DNA of 64,000 nucleotides, from assembly GCA_002269645.1 (NCBI GenBank), contig NIVC01000378.1, positions 48,352 through 112,351 of the forward strand, written 5' to 3'. The notes beneath the pieces were generated by a model. It did not search any database, was not told where the DNA came from, and worked only from the letters and a program-made list of their open reading frames with translations. A program made the translations under genes and the position numbers. Shown one piece after another: positions 11,263 through 22,989 of this stretch; position 1 is the first letter of the stretch; each line of letters opens with the position of its first letter. Origin of the DNA: Macrostomum lignano (lineage: Eukaryota).

Positions 11263-12009
11263 AATAATTACGGTTTCATGAGTTTTGACAGTCAAGCTGA
11301 GACAAAGCTTAGCTGGGACAAGCATAGCAGCGCTGTCTATGGTCAAACTAGGCGTCCAACTCCCCCCTCGTCAGATTCTTCAACCATAATGGTAAGGCCA
11401 TAGACAGCTGGAACTATTGTACGGCTTTGAACAGTAGAAAAACACTGCGCGTCGTTATTATATAATTAGAAATCATAACAAATAGAAAACCCTAAGCTAA
11501 GCTAAGTCAAGGCTAAGTCAATTAGAAAACCCTGCTGAATTTTGTGAATTGGTAATTCAAAGAAAAGTTTGAGAAGAGCAGAACCCACTTCCTATCTCGC
11601 TACTGTATTTTGCAACTGATAAACAGCCTCCATGAAAAATTGCAGCATCTCTCTGCATAAACTGTCGATGGGTCTACGAGGCATTAGACAGACAGACAAA
11701 TTGCAATAACTGCTTTGCACTTGCCAGCACCAGGGATATGTGAAAGAGATGCTCGACAAAGGAAAGAAAATTACTTTCCAAAAATGGCGAACAGCCCCTA
11801 GGAATAATCCTGGTGAGTCTTGCCAAAGCAGACTTCGAAATTTGAACTCGAAAAGGTGGATTCATTAAGGGATTCGTCAGGAGCAGCCGGCTTAGGTAAA
11901 CACTCAGGAGGCGGGATGCAGGGATTTTGTGTGAGATAAATTGACGGGAAAACACGGCAGGAACGAATCGGTTTGGGTTAGGAGAGGTAAACATTTAAAG
12001 ATTATAAGT

Positions 12010-14905
12010 GAGTGAGAGGAAGGGAGAGAAGGAGAGGAAGATGGGGAGAGAGGGAGACATGAAGATACGGAGAGAGGAGATGGAAACAGGGTGAGAGGGA
12101 GACAGGGAGAGGGGAGGGAGGGCGAGAGGGAGGGGAGATGGAGAGAGGGAGGAGGGAGAGAGGGAGGGGAGAACAGGGAGAGAGGGAGACAGGAAGAGAG
12201 GGAGACAGGGAGAGAGGGAGACAGGGAGAGAGGGAGAGAGGGAGAGAGGGAGAGAGGGAGACAGGAAGAGAGGGAGAGAGGGAGAGAGGGAGAGAGGGAG
12301 GGAGGGAGAGAGGGAGAGAGGGAGAGAGGGAGAGAGGGAGACAGGAAGAGAGGGAGAGAGGGAGAGAGGGAGAGAGGGAGACAGGAAGAGAGGGAGACAG
12401 GGAGAGAGGGAGACAGGGAGAGAGGGAGAGAGGGAGAGAGGGAGAGAGGGAGACAGGAAGAGAGGGAGACAGGGAGAGAGAGAGACAGGGAGAGAGGGAG
12501 AGAGGGAGAGAGGGAGAGAGGGAGACAGGAAGAGAGGGAGACAGGGAGAGAGAGAGAGAGGGAGAGAGGGAGAGAGGGAGAGAGGGAGAGAGAGAGAGAG
12601 GGAGACAGGAAGAGAGGGAGACAGGAAGAGAGGGAGAGAGGGAGAGAGGGAGAGAGGGAGAGAGGGAGAGAGGGAGAGAGGGAGAGAGGGAGAGAGGGCG
12701 ACAGGAAGAGAGGGAGACAGGAAGAGAGGGAGAGAGGAAGAGAGGGAGACAGGAAGAGAGGGAGACAGGAAGAGAGGGAGAGAGGGAGAGAGGGAGACAG
12801 GAAGAGAGGGAGACAGGAAGAGAGGGAGACAGGGAGAGAGGGAGAGAGGGAGAGAGGGAGAGAGGGAGAGAGGGAGACAGGAAGAGAGGGAGAGAGGGAG
12901 AGAGGGAGAGAGGGAGAGAGGGAGAGAGGGAGACAGGAAGAGAGGGAGACAGGAAGAGAGGGAGACAGGAAGAGAGGGAGACAGGAAGAGAGGGAGACAG
13001 GGAGAGAGGGAGACAGGAAGAGAGGGAGACAGGAAGAGAGGGAGAGAGGGAGAGAGGGAGAGAGGGAGAGAGGGAGAGAGGGAGACAGGAAGAGAGGGAG
13101 ACAGGAAGAGAGGGAGAGAGGGAGAGAGGGAGAGAGGGAGAGAGGGAGAGAGGGAGACAGGAAGAGAGGGAGACAGGAAGAGAGGGAGACAGGGAGAGAG
13201 GGAGAGAGGGAGAGAGGGAGAGAGGGAGAGAGGGAGAGAGGGAGACAGGAAGAGAGGGAGACAGGGAGAGAGAGAGACAGGGAGAGAGAGAGACAGGGAG
13301 AGAGGGAGAGAGGGAGAGAGGGAGAGAGGGAGACAGGAAGAGAGAGAGAGAGGGAGAGAGAGAGAGAGGGAGAGAGGGAGAGAGGGAGAGAGGGAGACAG
13401 GAAGAGAGGGAGACAGGAAGAGAGGGAGAGAGGGAGACAGGAGAGAGGGAGAGAGGGAGAGAGAGAGAGGGAGAGAGGGAGAGAGGGAGAGAGGAGAGAG
13501 AGGGCGACAGGAAGAGAGGGAGACAGGAAGAGAGGGAGAGAGGAAGAGAGGGAGACAGGAAGAGAGGGAGACAGGAAGAGAGGGAGACAGGAAGAGAGGG
13601 AGACAGGAAGAGAGGGAGACAGGAAGAGAGGGAGAGAGGGAGAGAGGGAGAGAGGGAGAGAGGGAGAGAGGGAGACAGGAAGAGAGGGAGACAGGAAGAG
13701 AGGGAGACAGGAAGAGAGGGAGACAGGAAGAGAGGGAGACAGGGAGAGAGGGAGACAGGAAGAGTGGGAGACAGGAAGAGAGGGAGACAGGAAGAGAGGG
13801 AGACAGGGAGAGAGGGAGACAGGAAGAGAGGGAGACAGGAAGAGAGGGAGAGAGGGAGAGAGGGAGAGAGGGAGAGAGGGAGACAGGAAGAGAGGGAGAC
13901 AGGGAGAGAGGGAGACAGGGAGAGAGGGAGACAGGAAGAGAGGGAGAGAGGGAGACAGGGAGAGAGGGAGAGAGGGAGAGAGGGAGACAGGAAGAGAGGG
14001 AGACAGGGAGAGAGGGAGAGAGGGAGAGAGGAGAGAGGGAGAGAGGAGAGAGGGAGACAGGAAGAGAGGGAGACAGGAAGAGAGGGAGACAGGAAGAGAG
14101 GGAGACAGGGAGAGAGGGAGACAGGAAGAGAGGGAGACAGGAAGAGAGGGAGAGAGGGAGAGAGGGAGACAGGAAGAGAGGGAGAGAGGGAGAGAGGGAG
14201 ACAGGAAGAGAGGGAGACAGGAAGAGAGGGAGAGAGGGAGAGAGGGAGAGAGGGAGAGAGGGAGACAGGAAGAGAGGGAGACAGGAAGAGAGGGAGACAG
14301 GAAGAGAGGGAGACAGGAAGAGAGGGAGACAGGAAGAGAGGGAGACAGGAAGAGAAGGAGACAGGGAGAGAGGGAGACAGGAAGAGAGGGAGACAGGGAG
14401 AGAGGGAGAGAGGGAGAGAGGGAGAGAGGGAGAGAGGGAGACAGGAAGAGAGGGAGACAGGGAGAGAGGGAGGGAGGGAGAGAGGGAGAGAGGGAGAGAG
14501 GGAGAGAGGGAGACAGGAAGAGAGGAGACAGGGAGAGAGAGAGAGGGAGAGAGGGAGAGAGGGAGAGAGGAGAGAGAGGGAGAGGGAGACAGGAAGAGAG
14601 GGAGACAGGAAGAGAGGGAGAGAGGGAGAGAGGGAGAGAGGAGAGAGGGAGAGAGGGAGAGAGGGAGACAGGAAGAGAGGGAGACAGGAAGAGAGGGAGA
14701 CAGGGAGAGAGGGAGAGAGGGAGAGAGGGAGAGAGGGAGACAGGAAGAGAGGGAGATAGGGAGAGAGGGAGAGAGGGAGAGAGGGAGAGAGGGAGACAGG
14801 AAGAGAGGGAGAGTGGGAGAGAGGGAGAGAGGGAGAGAGGGAGACAGGAAGAGAGGGAGATAGGGAGAGAGGGAGACAGGAAGACAGGGAGAGAGGGAGG
14901 GGAGC
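12010..14905. repeat. 2.9-kb polypurine (GA-rich) satellite
   Basis: Mosaic of GGGAGAGAG and GGGAGACAGGAAGAGA units; source of the spurious 870-1030 aa ORFs. Confidence 0.97.
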
Positions 14906-15474
14906 TATAAGAAGGAGAGGTAGTCATAAATGCAAAGAGAGTGTGGAGAACAGAGGGGAGCCAGAGGCCCTGCTTCAACGAATGCGGGAACAACAGGCAC
15001 TTTGCGCTAACAAAATAGAGCCTTGGCTTTAGTAGCCAAATAGAGCCTTGGCTTTACTAGCCAAATAGAATAACTTGGCTTGAAGCGTACAGGTCGGCAA
15101 AACAGCAATATGATTATGAATGACCAAAAAAAACTTAAGCAGACTCATACAGAACGCCTGCACACAGGACAGTTTGCTAATTAAATTACTGACTACAAGC
15201 CAAGTTCCTTCTAGCGACTTAGCTATACTGAACATAATAGTGGAATAGTAATCATACATCAACTGAAGCGAATGACGCCGTCCCACAGTTTCACACCTTT
15301 CATAGCCATAAAAATATGAAACCTTACAGAGCGTCGAGATTTACGATGTTGGGAACAGAGGAATTTTTAAATTGGGCTACCATTTTCGGCTTTTTAAATA
15401 AAACACTGCTAGCTGGTAGAGTGCGAGGCGGTAACGAATCTCACGAGCTCTACTCAGCTCTACTCTACCTGGGG

Positions 15475-17155
15475 CAAAATGAAATGGTGCCCCTCTCAAA
15501 TGAAATGGCGCCCCTCTCAAATGAAATGGCGCCCCTATCAAATAAAATGGCGCCCCTCTCAAATAAAATGGCGCCCCTCTCAAATAAAATGGCGACCCCT
15601 TTCAAATAAAATGGCGACCCCTCTCAAATAAAATGGCGCCCCTCTCAAATAAAATGGCGACCCCTCTCAAATAAAATGGCGACCCCTCTCAAATAAAATG
15701 GCGCCCCTCTCAAATAAAATGGCGCCCCTCTCAAATAAAATGGCGAACCCTTTCAAATAAAATGGCGCCCCTCTCAAATAAAATGGCGCCCCCTCTCAAA
15801 TAAAATGGCGCCCCTCTCAAATAAAATGGCAAACCCTTTCAAATAAAATGGCGCCCCTCTCAAATAAAATGGCGAACCCTTTCAAATAAAATGGCGCCCC
15901 CTCTCAAATAAAATGGCGCCCCTATCAAATAAAATGGCGCCCCTCTCAAATAAAATGGCGAACCCTTTCAAATAAAATGGCGCCCCCTCTCAAATAAAAT
16001 GGCGACCCCTCTCAAATAAAATGGCGACCCCTTTCAAATAAAATGGCGCCCCCTCTCAAATAAAATGGCGCTCCAAAATGAAATGGCGCCTCCACAAATG
16101 AAATGGCGCCCCCTCTCAAATAAAATGGCGCCCCCTCTCAAATAAAATGGCGCCCCCTCTCAAATAAAATGGACCCCCTCTCAAATAAAATGGCGCCCCT
16201 CTCAAATAAAATGGCGCCCCTCTCAAATAAAATGGCGCCCCTCTCAAATAAAATGGCGAACCCTTTCAAATAAAATGGCGCCCCCTCTCAAATAAAATGG
16301 CGACCCCTCTCAAATAAAATGGCGACCCCTTTCAAATAAAATGGCGCCCCCTCTCAAATAAAATGGCGCTCCAAAATGAAATGGCGCCTCCACAAATGAA
16401 ATGGCGCCCCCTCTCAAATGAAATGGCGCCCCCTCTCAAATAAAATGGCGCCCCTCTCAAATAAAATGGCGCCCCTCTCAAATAAAATGGCGCCCCTCTC
16501 AAATAAAATGGCGCCCCCTCTCAAATAAAATGGCGCCCCCTCTCAAATAAAATGGCGCCCCCTCTCAAATAAAATGGCGCCCCCTCTCAAATAAAATGGC
16601 GCCCCTCTCAAATAAAATGGCGCCCCAAAATGAAATGGCGCCTCCACAAATGAAATGGCGCCCAATTAAATGAAAGGGCGCCCAATTAAATGAAAGGGCG
16701 CCCAATTAAATGAAAGGGCGCCCAATTAAATGAAAGGGCGCCCAATTAAATGAAAGGGCGCCCAATTAAATGAAAGGGCGCCCAATTAAATGAAAGGGTG
16801 CCCAATTAAATGAAAGGGCGCCCAATTAAATGAAATGGAGCCCAATTTAAAAAAGGGCGCCCAATTAAATGAAAGGGCGCCCAATTAAATGAAAGGGCGC
16901 CCAATTAAATGAAAGGGCGCCCAATTAAATGAAAGGGCGCCCAATTAAATGAAAGGGCGCCCAATTAAATGAAAGGGCGCCCAATTAAATGAAAGGGCGC
17001 CCAATTAAATGAAAGGGCGCCCAATTAAATGAAAGGGCGCCCAATTAAATGAAAGGGCGCCCAATTAAATGAAAGGGCGCCCAATTTAATGAAAGGGCGC
17101 CCAATTTAATGAAATGGAGCCCAATTAAAAAAAAGGGCGCCTAATTTAATGAAAG
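15475..17155. repeat. compound GGCGCC-core minisatellite (21-22 bp, then 20 bp)
   Basis: AAAATGGCGCCCCTCTCAAAT changing to GGGCGCCCAATTAAATGAAA at about 16660. Confidence 0.97.
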
Positions 17156-17629
17156 AGCACCGCTACGCCACTAGGCTCAGAGTAGGCACAGTTGCCAAGT
17201 TCAAGGCGAGTCAGTTGATAGAATAAATTCCGCTTTCATTAATGCCTAAAAGCCTTTGCTAGTGAATTTTGATGAGTGAATGACGTGAGTAGAATGCGAG
17301 AGCAACGCTGACTTTTGAGCTGACTGAATTGACGTGTGTTGAAGGCGCCATAAGCCCCTGAGTAAATACTGCAGCATAAACTCTACGATTCTCACTAAAT
17401 AAAGAGAATGATGGCAAAGGTCTCAAAGGCAGCGAGGAAGAATGGCAAGTGAAATTTGTTACAATATAATCTAGTAGAGCTTTGGTTTATCAGTAGCGAG
17501 GCTCACAGCCAATGTGGGCCAATGTTTTCTCTGTCATAATTTTGTAACAGTTTTCTTGCATCTGGACAGCCAAACCTTTAGGGCTGGTAAAAGTCGAAGT
17601 CAAAGGCAAATTATTTAAAGAACAGACGC

Positions 17630-20102
17630 CAAATCTACTCGATAAGGGCACCAAATCTTCTCTACCGGTATAAGGGCACCAAATCTACTCTATAAAAGTG
17701 CCAAATCTACTCTATAAGGGTGCCAAATCTTAAATCTACTCTATAAGGGTGCCAAATCTACTCTATAAGGGCGCCTAATCTAGGCTATAAGAGAGCCAAA
17801 TCTACTCTATAGGGGCACCAAATCTACTCTACCGGTATAAGGGCACCAAATCTACTCTATAAAAGTGCCAAATCTACTCTATAAGGGTGCCAAATCTTAA
17901 ATCTACTCTATAAGGGTGCCAAATCTACTCTATAAGGGTGCCAAATCTACTCTATAAGGGTGCCAAATCTACTCTATAAGGGTGCCAAATCTACTCTATA
18001 AGGGTGCCAAATCTACTCTATAAGGGTGCCAAATCTCCTCTATAAGGGTGCTAAATCTACTCTATAAGGGTGCCAAATCTACTCTATAAGGGTGCCAAAT
18101 CTACTCTATAAGGGTTCCAAATCTTAAATCTACTCTATAAGGGTGCCAAATCCATTCCATCCTGCAAGCAAACCAAGTGTCTCGGCGTTACGCTGGACCA
18201 CCGGCTGAGCTGGTCCACCCACGTCCAGGCCAAAACCAAAAAAGCCCTCGCGATTCTTGCGCAGCTGCGCAGAGCCGTCGGCACCACCTGGGGCCTCACC
18301 CCAAAGCGTCTCTGGTGGATCTATACCGCAATGGTCCGACCGGCCGTTACATACGCCGGCCTGGTCTGGACCAGCGCCTTGCAGATTAAAACCTGCCACG
18401 AAGCCCTCAAAAAGGTGCAGGGACGTGCGTGCCGCATGATCCTGAATGCCCCGCTCTCTGCTCCCTTTGACGGCCTCAACGCCTTTCTCTGCCTCCCGCC
18501 TCTGGACATCTTTGTCCGTCGCGAGGCTGCTAAAACCACCCGCCGGCTCATCGAGGCTGGTGTTAGCTTCAAGCCACAAAGAGCGATGGCGAAGCGCAAG
18601 CTCCTGCCGCACTCTGACCTGTGCCTTAAAGTTCTGGAGGAGAGTGGGAGTGCGGCTGTCCTTTCGGACGCTGAACCGCGCTCCCTCAACCTCTACCAAC
18701 GCTTCAAGGTCACGATCCCCTCCAGGGAGAACGCCAACGACAGCTGGGCCCCTCAGGAGGTTCACTGCTTCACTGACGGATCCTCCAAAGACGGTTTATC
18801 CGGCTTTGGAGTCTGCATCCTTATCAACGGCCGCGTGATTGCTACTCACGCCCAACACACTGGCAGACTCTCCAGCGTCTTCCAGAATGAAGTCCTTGCC
18901 ATCAGCTCCTGTGCAGCTGAGCTCCACCGCAAGGACTTCAAGGACAAAAGAATCTTCTTCCACTCTGACAGCCAGGCCGCTTTACAGGCCCTGTGTCACA
19001 CCACTACGAACTCCCGAACAGTCCGCGACTGTATCGGGCAGCTCAACAAGCTGGCTCGGAGGAACACCGTCCGGCTCACGTGGATCCCAGGACACGCCGG
19101 CTTCAAAGGTAACGAGCTCGCCGACTCCCTCGCTAAGGCGGGCTGTTCCGGCTCGCCCCTTGGCCCCGTGCCCCTGGCCCCCATCCCCGCCACAGTCATT
19201 AATCGTCAGATTAACGACTGGGCGGACATCCTGCACTTGCGCAGATGGGATGGTATCTCCAACTGCCGCCAATCTCGTGCGGCAGTGCCCAATCCGTCCC
19301 TCAAGCTGCGGAGAATCCTTTTGAATCAAAATCGAAAAGATATCCGCGCTCTCACTATGACCTTCACAGGTCACGGTTGCTTTGCCAGGCACTGCTTCCT
19401 CCGATGTGTTCGCCGGAGTGAACTCTGCCCCTTCTGCAGCCTCGAGAATGAAGATGCCATGCACTTCGTCTGCTACTGCCCGGCCTTCAACCGAGACCGG
19501 CTCAACCACCTCGGGCCCAACCCGTCCCTGGACGACGTTTGCCGGCCCGAGAACATCCCACGGCTCATCCGGTTCCTCCGGGCCACCAAGCGAGCCTCCG
19601 TCTTCCCCACCGAAGACAACGCTGCAGACAGGACCGGCAGACCTCCCTGACCGGCCCCGCGCCCTAGCCTATGCGGGTCTTTCAGGGATTAGCGGAATGG
19701 GCGACGCTCGCCTCCCCGCTGCGTCTTCGGACCGCCCTGCAGCTAAGTCAAGTCAAAGAAGTGCCAAATCTACTCTATAAGGGTGCCAAATCTACTCTAT
19801 AAGGGTGCCAAATCTTAAATCTACTCTATAAGGGTGCCAAATCTTAAATCTACTCTATAAGGGTGCCAAATCTTAAATCTACTCTATAAGGGTGCCAAAT
19901 CTTAAATCTACTCTATAAGGGTGCCAAATATTAAATCTACTCTATAAGGGTGCCAAATCTTAAATCTACTCTATAAGGGTGCCAAATATTAAATCTACTC
20001 TATAAGGGTGCCAAATATTAAATCTACTCTATAAGGGTGCCAAATATTAAATCTACTCTATAAGGGTGCCAAATATTAAATCTACTCTATAAGGGTGCCA
20101 AA
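17630..20102. repeat. 22/29-bp minisatellite interrupted by the LINE
   Basis: GCCAAATCTACTCTATAAGGGT with optional extra TTAAATC, on both sides of 18153-19760. Confidence 0.96.
18153..19760 (+). mobile_element. 5'-truncated non-LTR retrotransposon (RT thumb, RNase H, CCHC; LOA/I-group-like)
   Basis: Open frame 18154-19650: KCLGVTLDHRLSW, WGLTPKRLWWIYTAMVRP, RNase H FTDGS/EVLAI/SDSQAAL/WIPGH-GNELAD, CPFC-HFVCYC. About 110-nt 3' UTR ending GCTAAGTCAAGTCAA; flanked by GTGCCAAATC (18143-18152, 19761-19770). Confidence 0.95.
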
Positions 20103-20224
20103 AAAATTAAATGTGCTCTATAAGGCGCTATTTCGACTCTATAAGAGCGCATAATCTAGGCTATGAGAGCGCCAAAATCTAATCTATGAGGGCGACAAAT
20201 CTTCTCTATAGATCTATTTATATC

Positions 20225-20400
20225 AATCACCACATCTAATCATTCCAATCGCCGCATCTAGAATAATTCCAATCGCCGCATCTAGAATAATTCCAATCGC
20301 CAAATCTAATCATTCCAATCGCCAAATCTAATCATTCCAATCGTCAAATCTAATCGTTCCAATCGCCACATCTAGTCATTCTAGGCGCCAAATCTAACCC
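20225..20400. repeat. 22-24-bp minisatellite
   Basis: TTCCAATCGCCAAATCTAATCA. Confidence 0.85.
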
Positions 20401-20759
20401 ATTCTAGGCAAATTTTACGAACCTCTTAAGCCTGAGTTGCTAGACTGCTAATTACAGGAGCTTAAATAATTTATCAGACGCACTAATAACCACTGCTCGA
20501 CTAGATTTGGCTTAAGCAAACTTCTTTGAGGCTACAGGGAACAGTTTTGATGTCGCTAGTTCAGTTGGCCAACTTTAGGAAGCTGAGCGAAGCCAAGCTG
20601 GCCTCATTTGAGCTGAAAAAATATTTGTTTATGATTTATTAATTACGGCCTTATTGCAGTTCAATACGTCACGGTCAAGTCAATCCAAGGTTTGGAACTG
20701 CTGCTCAAATTCTTCTTTGAGAAATAAAAGATGACAGCGCATTTCTAGGGTCAATTTAC

Positions 20760-21615
20760 TGCTCATCTACTCAAATTAGCTCTTACTCTACTCAAATTAG
20801 CTCATACTCTACTCAAATTAGCTCTTATTCTACTCAAATTAGCTCTTACTCTACTCAAATTAGCTCATACTCTACTCAAATTAGCTCATACTCTACTCAA
20901 ATTAGCTCTTACTCTACTCAAATTAGCTCTTACTCTACTCAAATTAGCTCTTACTCTACTCAAATTAGCTCTTACTCTACTCAAATTAGCTCTTAGTCTA
21001 CTCAAATTAGCTCTCAATCTACTCAAATAAGCTCTTAGTCTACTCAAATTAGCTCTTACTCTACTCAAATTAGCTCTTACTCTACTCAAATTAGCTCTTA
21101 CTCTACTCAAATTAGCTCTTACTCTACTCAAATTAGCTCTTACTCTACTCAAATTAGCTCTTAGTCTACTCAAATTAGCTCTCAATCTACTCAAATAAGC
21201 TCTTAGTCTACTCAAATTAGCTCTTACTCTACTCAAATTAGCTCTTACTCTACTCAAATTAGCTCTCAATCTACTCAAATTAGCTCTTAGTCTACTCAAA
21301 TTAGCTCTTAATCTACTCAAATTAGCTCTTAATCTACTCAAATTAGCTCTTACTCTACTCAAATTAGCTCTCAATCTACTCAAATTAGCTCTTAGTCTAC
21401 TCAAATTAGCTCTTAACCTACTCAAATTAGCTCTTACTCTACTCAAATTAGCTCTTAGTCTACTCAAATTAGCTCTTAATCTACTCAAATAAGCTCTTAA
21501 TCTACTCAAATTAGCTCTTAACCTACTCAAATTAGCTCTTACTCTACTCAAATTAGCTCTTAATCTACTCAAATTAGCTCTTACTCTACTCAATTAGCTC
21601 TTACTCTACTCAAAA
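20760..21615. repeat. 21-bp minisatellite
   Basis: CTACTCAAATTAGCTCTTACT. Confidence 0.97.
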
Positions 21616-22099
21616 TGACACTATTCTACTGAATTCAATTCCAACCTACCCCAATTTAGTTTCTATTTGACCCAAATTTGACTTTTAAAGTATTTAAAAC
21701 TCACTAAATTCTTATTTAACTCAGTAAAGCGTAAGATTAACATATCTATTGAAAGTGACTCGTAAGATTGCACCAATGATATCCATGCAGTTTATTAACT
21801 ATATTAACTCATATGGTTTGTCAATAGTAAAAATGCTACCTAAAAAGAAGATACTACAATTATCATCAATCAATCAATCTGACAGGCAGCCAGCAGATTT
21901 TTTCTATCAATTTCCTAATTTCCTCTCAGAAGAGATTTGGGAAAACCCGAAATTTCAATCACGAATTTGACTAAATAGCGAAGTAGCAGCCCTATAGAAA
22001 AAGATGTGCAAGTCAACTCTATTAGGTGCTCAACTTATCTCTGAAGCTTCATCAGAATCTAATCCAGGAGCTCTAAATCTACCTCAAAAGTTTTAAATC

Positions 22100-22525
22100 T
22101 TCAAAGCTTCAAATCTATTACAGAAGCTTCAAATCTATTACAGAAGCTTCAAATCTACAATAGAAACTTCAAATCTACCACAGAAGCTTCAAATCTACAA
22201 TAGACGCTTTAAATTTACCACAGAAGCTTCAAATCTACCATAGAAGCTTCCAATCTGCAATGGAAGATTAATGGTTAATGAAGATTAAAATCTACCATAG
22301 AAGCTTCAAATCTACCATAGAAGCTTCAAATCTACCATAGAAGCTTCAAATCTGCCACAGAAGCTTCAAATCTACCACAGAAGCTTCAAATCTACCACAG
22401 AAGCTTCAAATCTACCACAGAAGCTTCAAATCTAGCAAAGAAACTTCAAATCTACCGTAAAAGCTGCAAAACTACCATAGAAGCTTCAAGTCTGCCACAG
22501 AAGCTTCAAATCTACCACAGAAGCT
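22100..22525. repeat. 20-bp minisatellite
   Basis: AGAAGCTTCAAATCTACCA(C/T). Confidence 0.93.
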
Positions 22526-22587
22526 CCACACACTATAAGCTACTGACTTAACAAAGCTAGTAAATCACCAAAACGACCTTCTCTTAC

Positions 22588-22823
22588 CCTCGGCCAAAGA
22601 AATCGTTTGTAGCAGTTGTTGCTGCTGTACGAAATCCCGGCCGACTGTTGTAGGACAAATCAGATTCGAATTTTTTTCGCTGTCGAGTGTCCTCGGATTG
22701 CCAGTGCCTGTGAGACTGCTGCTGCTGCTGCTTCAGTGGCTGATTATAATCACTGGTGTAATCGCTATCATCGCTTGGACATCTTGACGAAGTATTGACA
22801 GCTCGAGGCGTCAAGGAGGTGCG
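22588..22823 (-). CDS. unc-13: unc-13 exon 6, low-complexity linker
   Basis: Pyrimidine-rich acceptor CCCATTGTCCATCAG|, donor GG|GTAAG, 236 nt, phase 0 to 2. RTSLTPRAVNTSSRCPSDDSDYTSDYNQP...FFGR. Confidence 0.8.
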
Positions 22824-22989
22824 CTGATGGACAATGGGAATAAGGGAATTTAATTTCATTAATAGTTAGTCTAATCCAGTGACGCTTCATTTTCATGGCT
22901 CTAAAAGTACAAGCAAGGAGCCTAATGGCATTGCCTAATATAATATTTCAAATAATGCTTTTTATTGTAATCTGACTAATACAACTTCC

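Noticed and set aside
11332-11408. 11-bp inverted repeat GCTGTCTATGG/CCATAGACAGC
   Set aside because: Short, no TSD, no second copy seen.
11904-14993. 870-1030 aa ORFs on both strands
   Set aside because: Translations of a GA/CT satellite that lacks stop codons; no protein signal.
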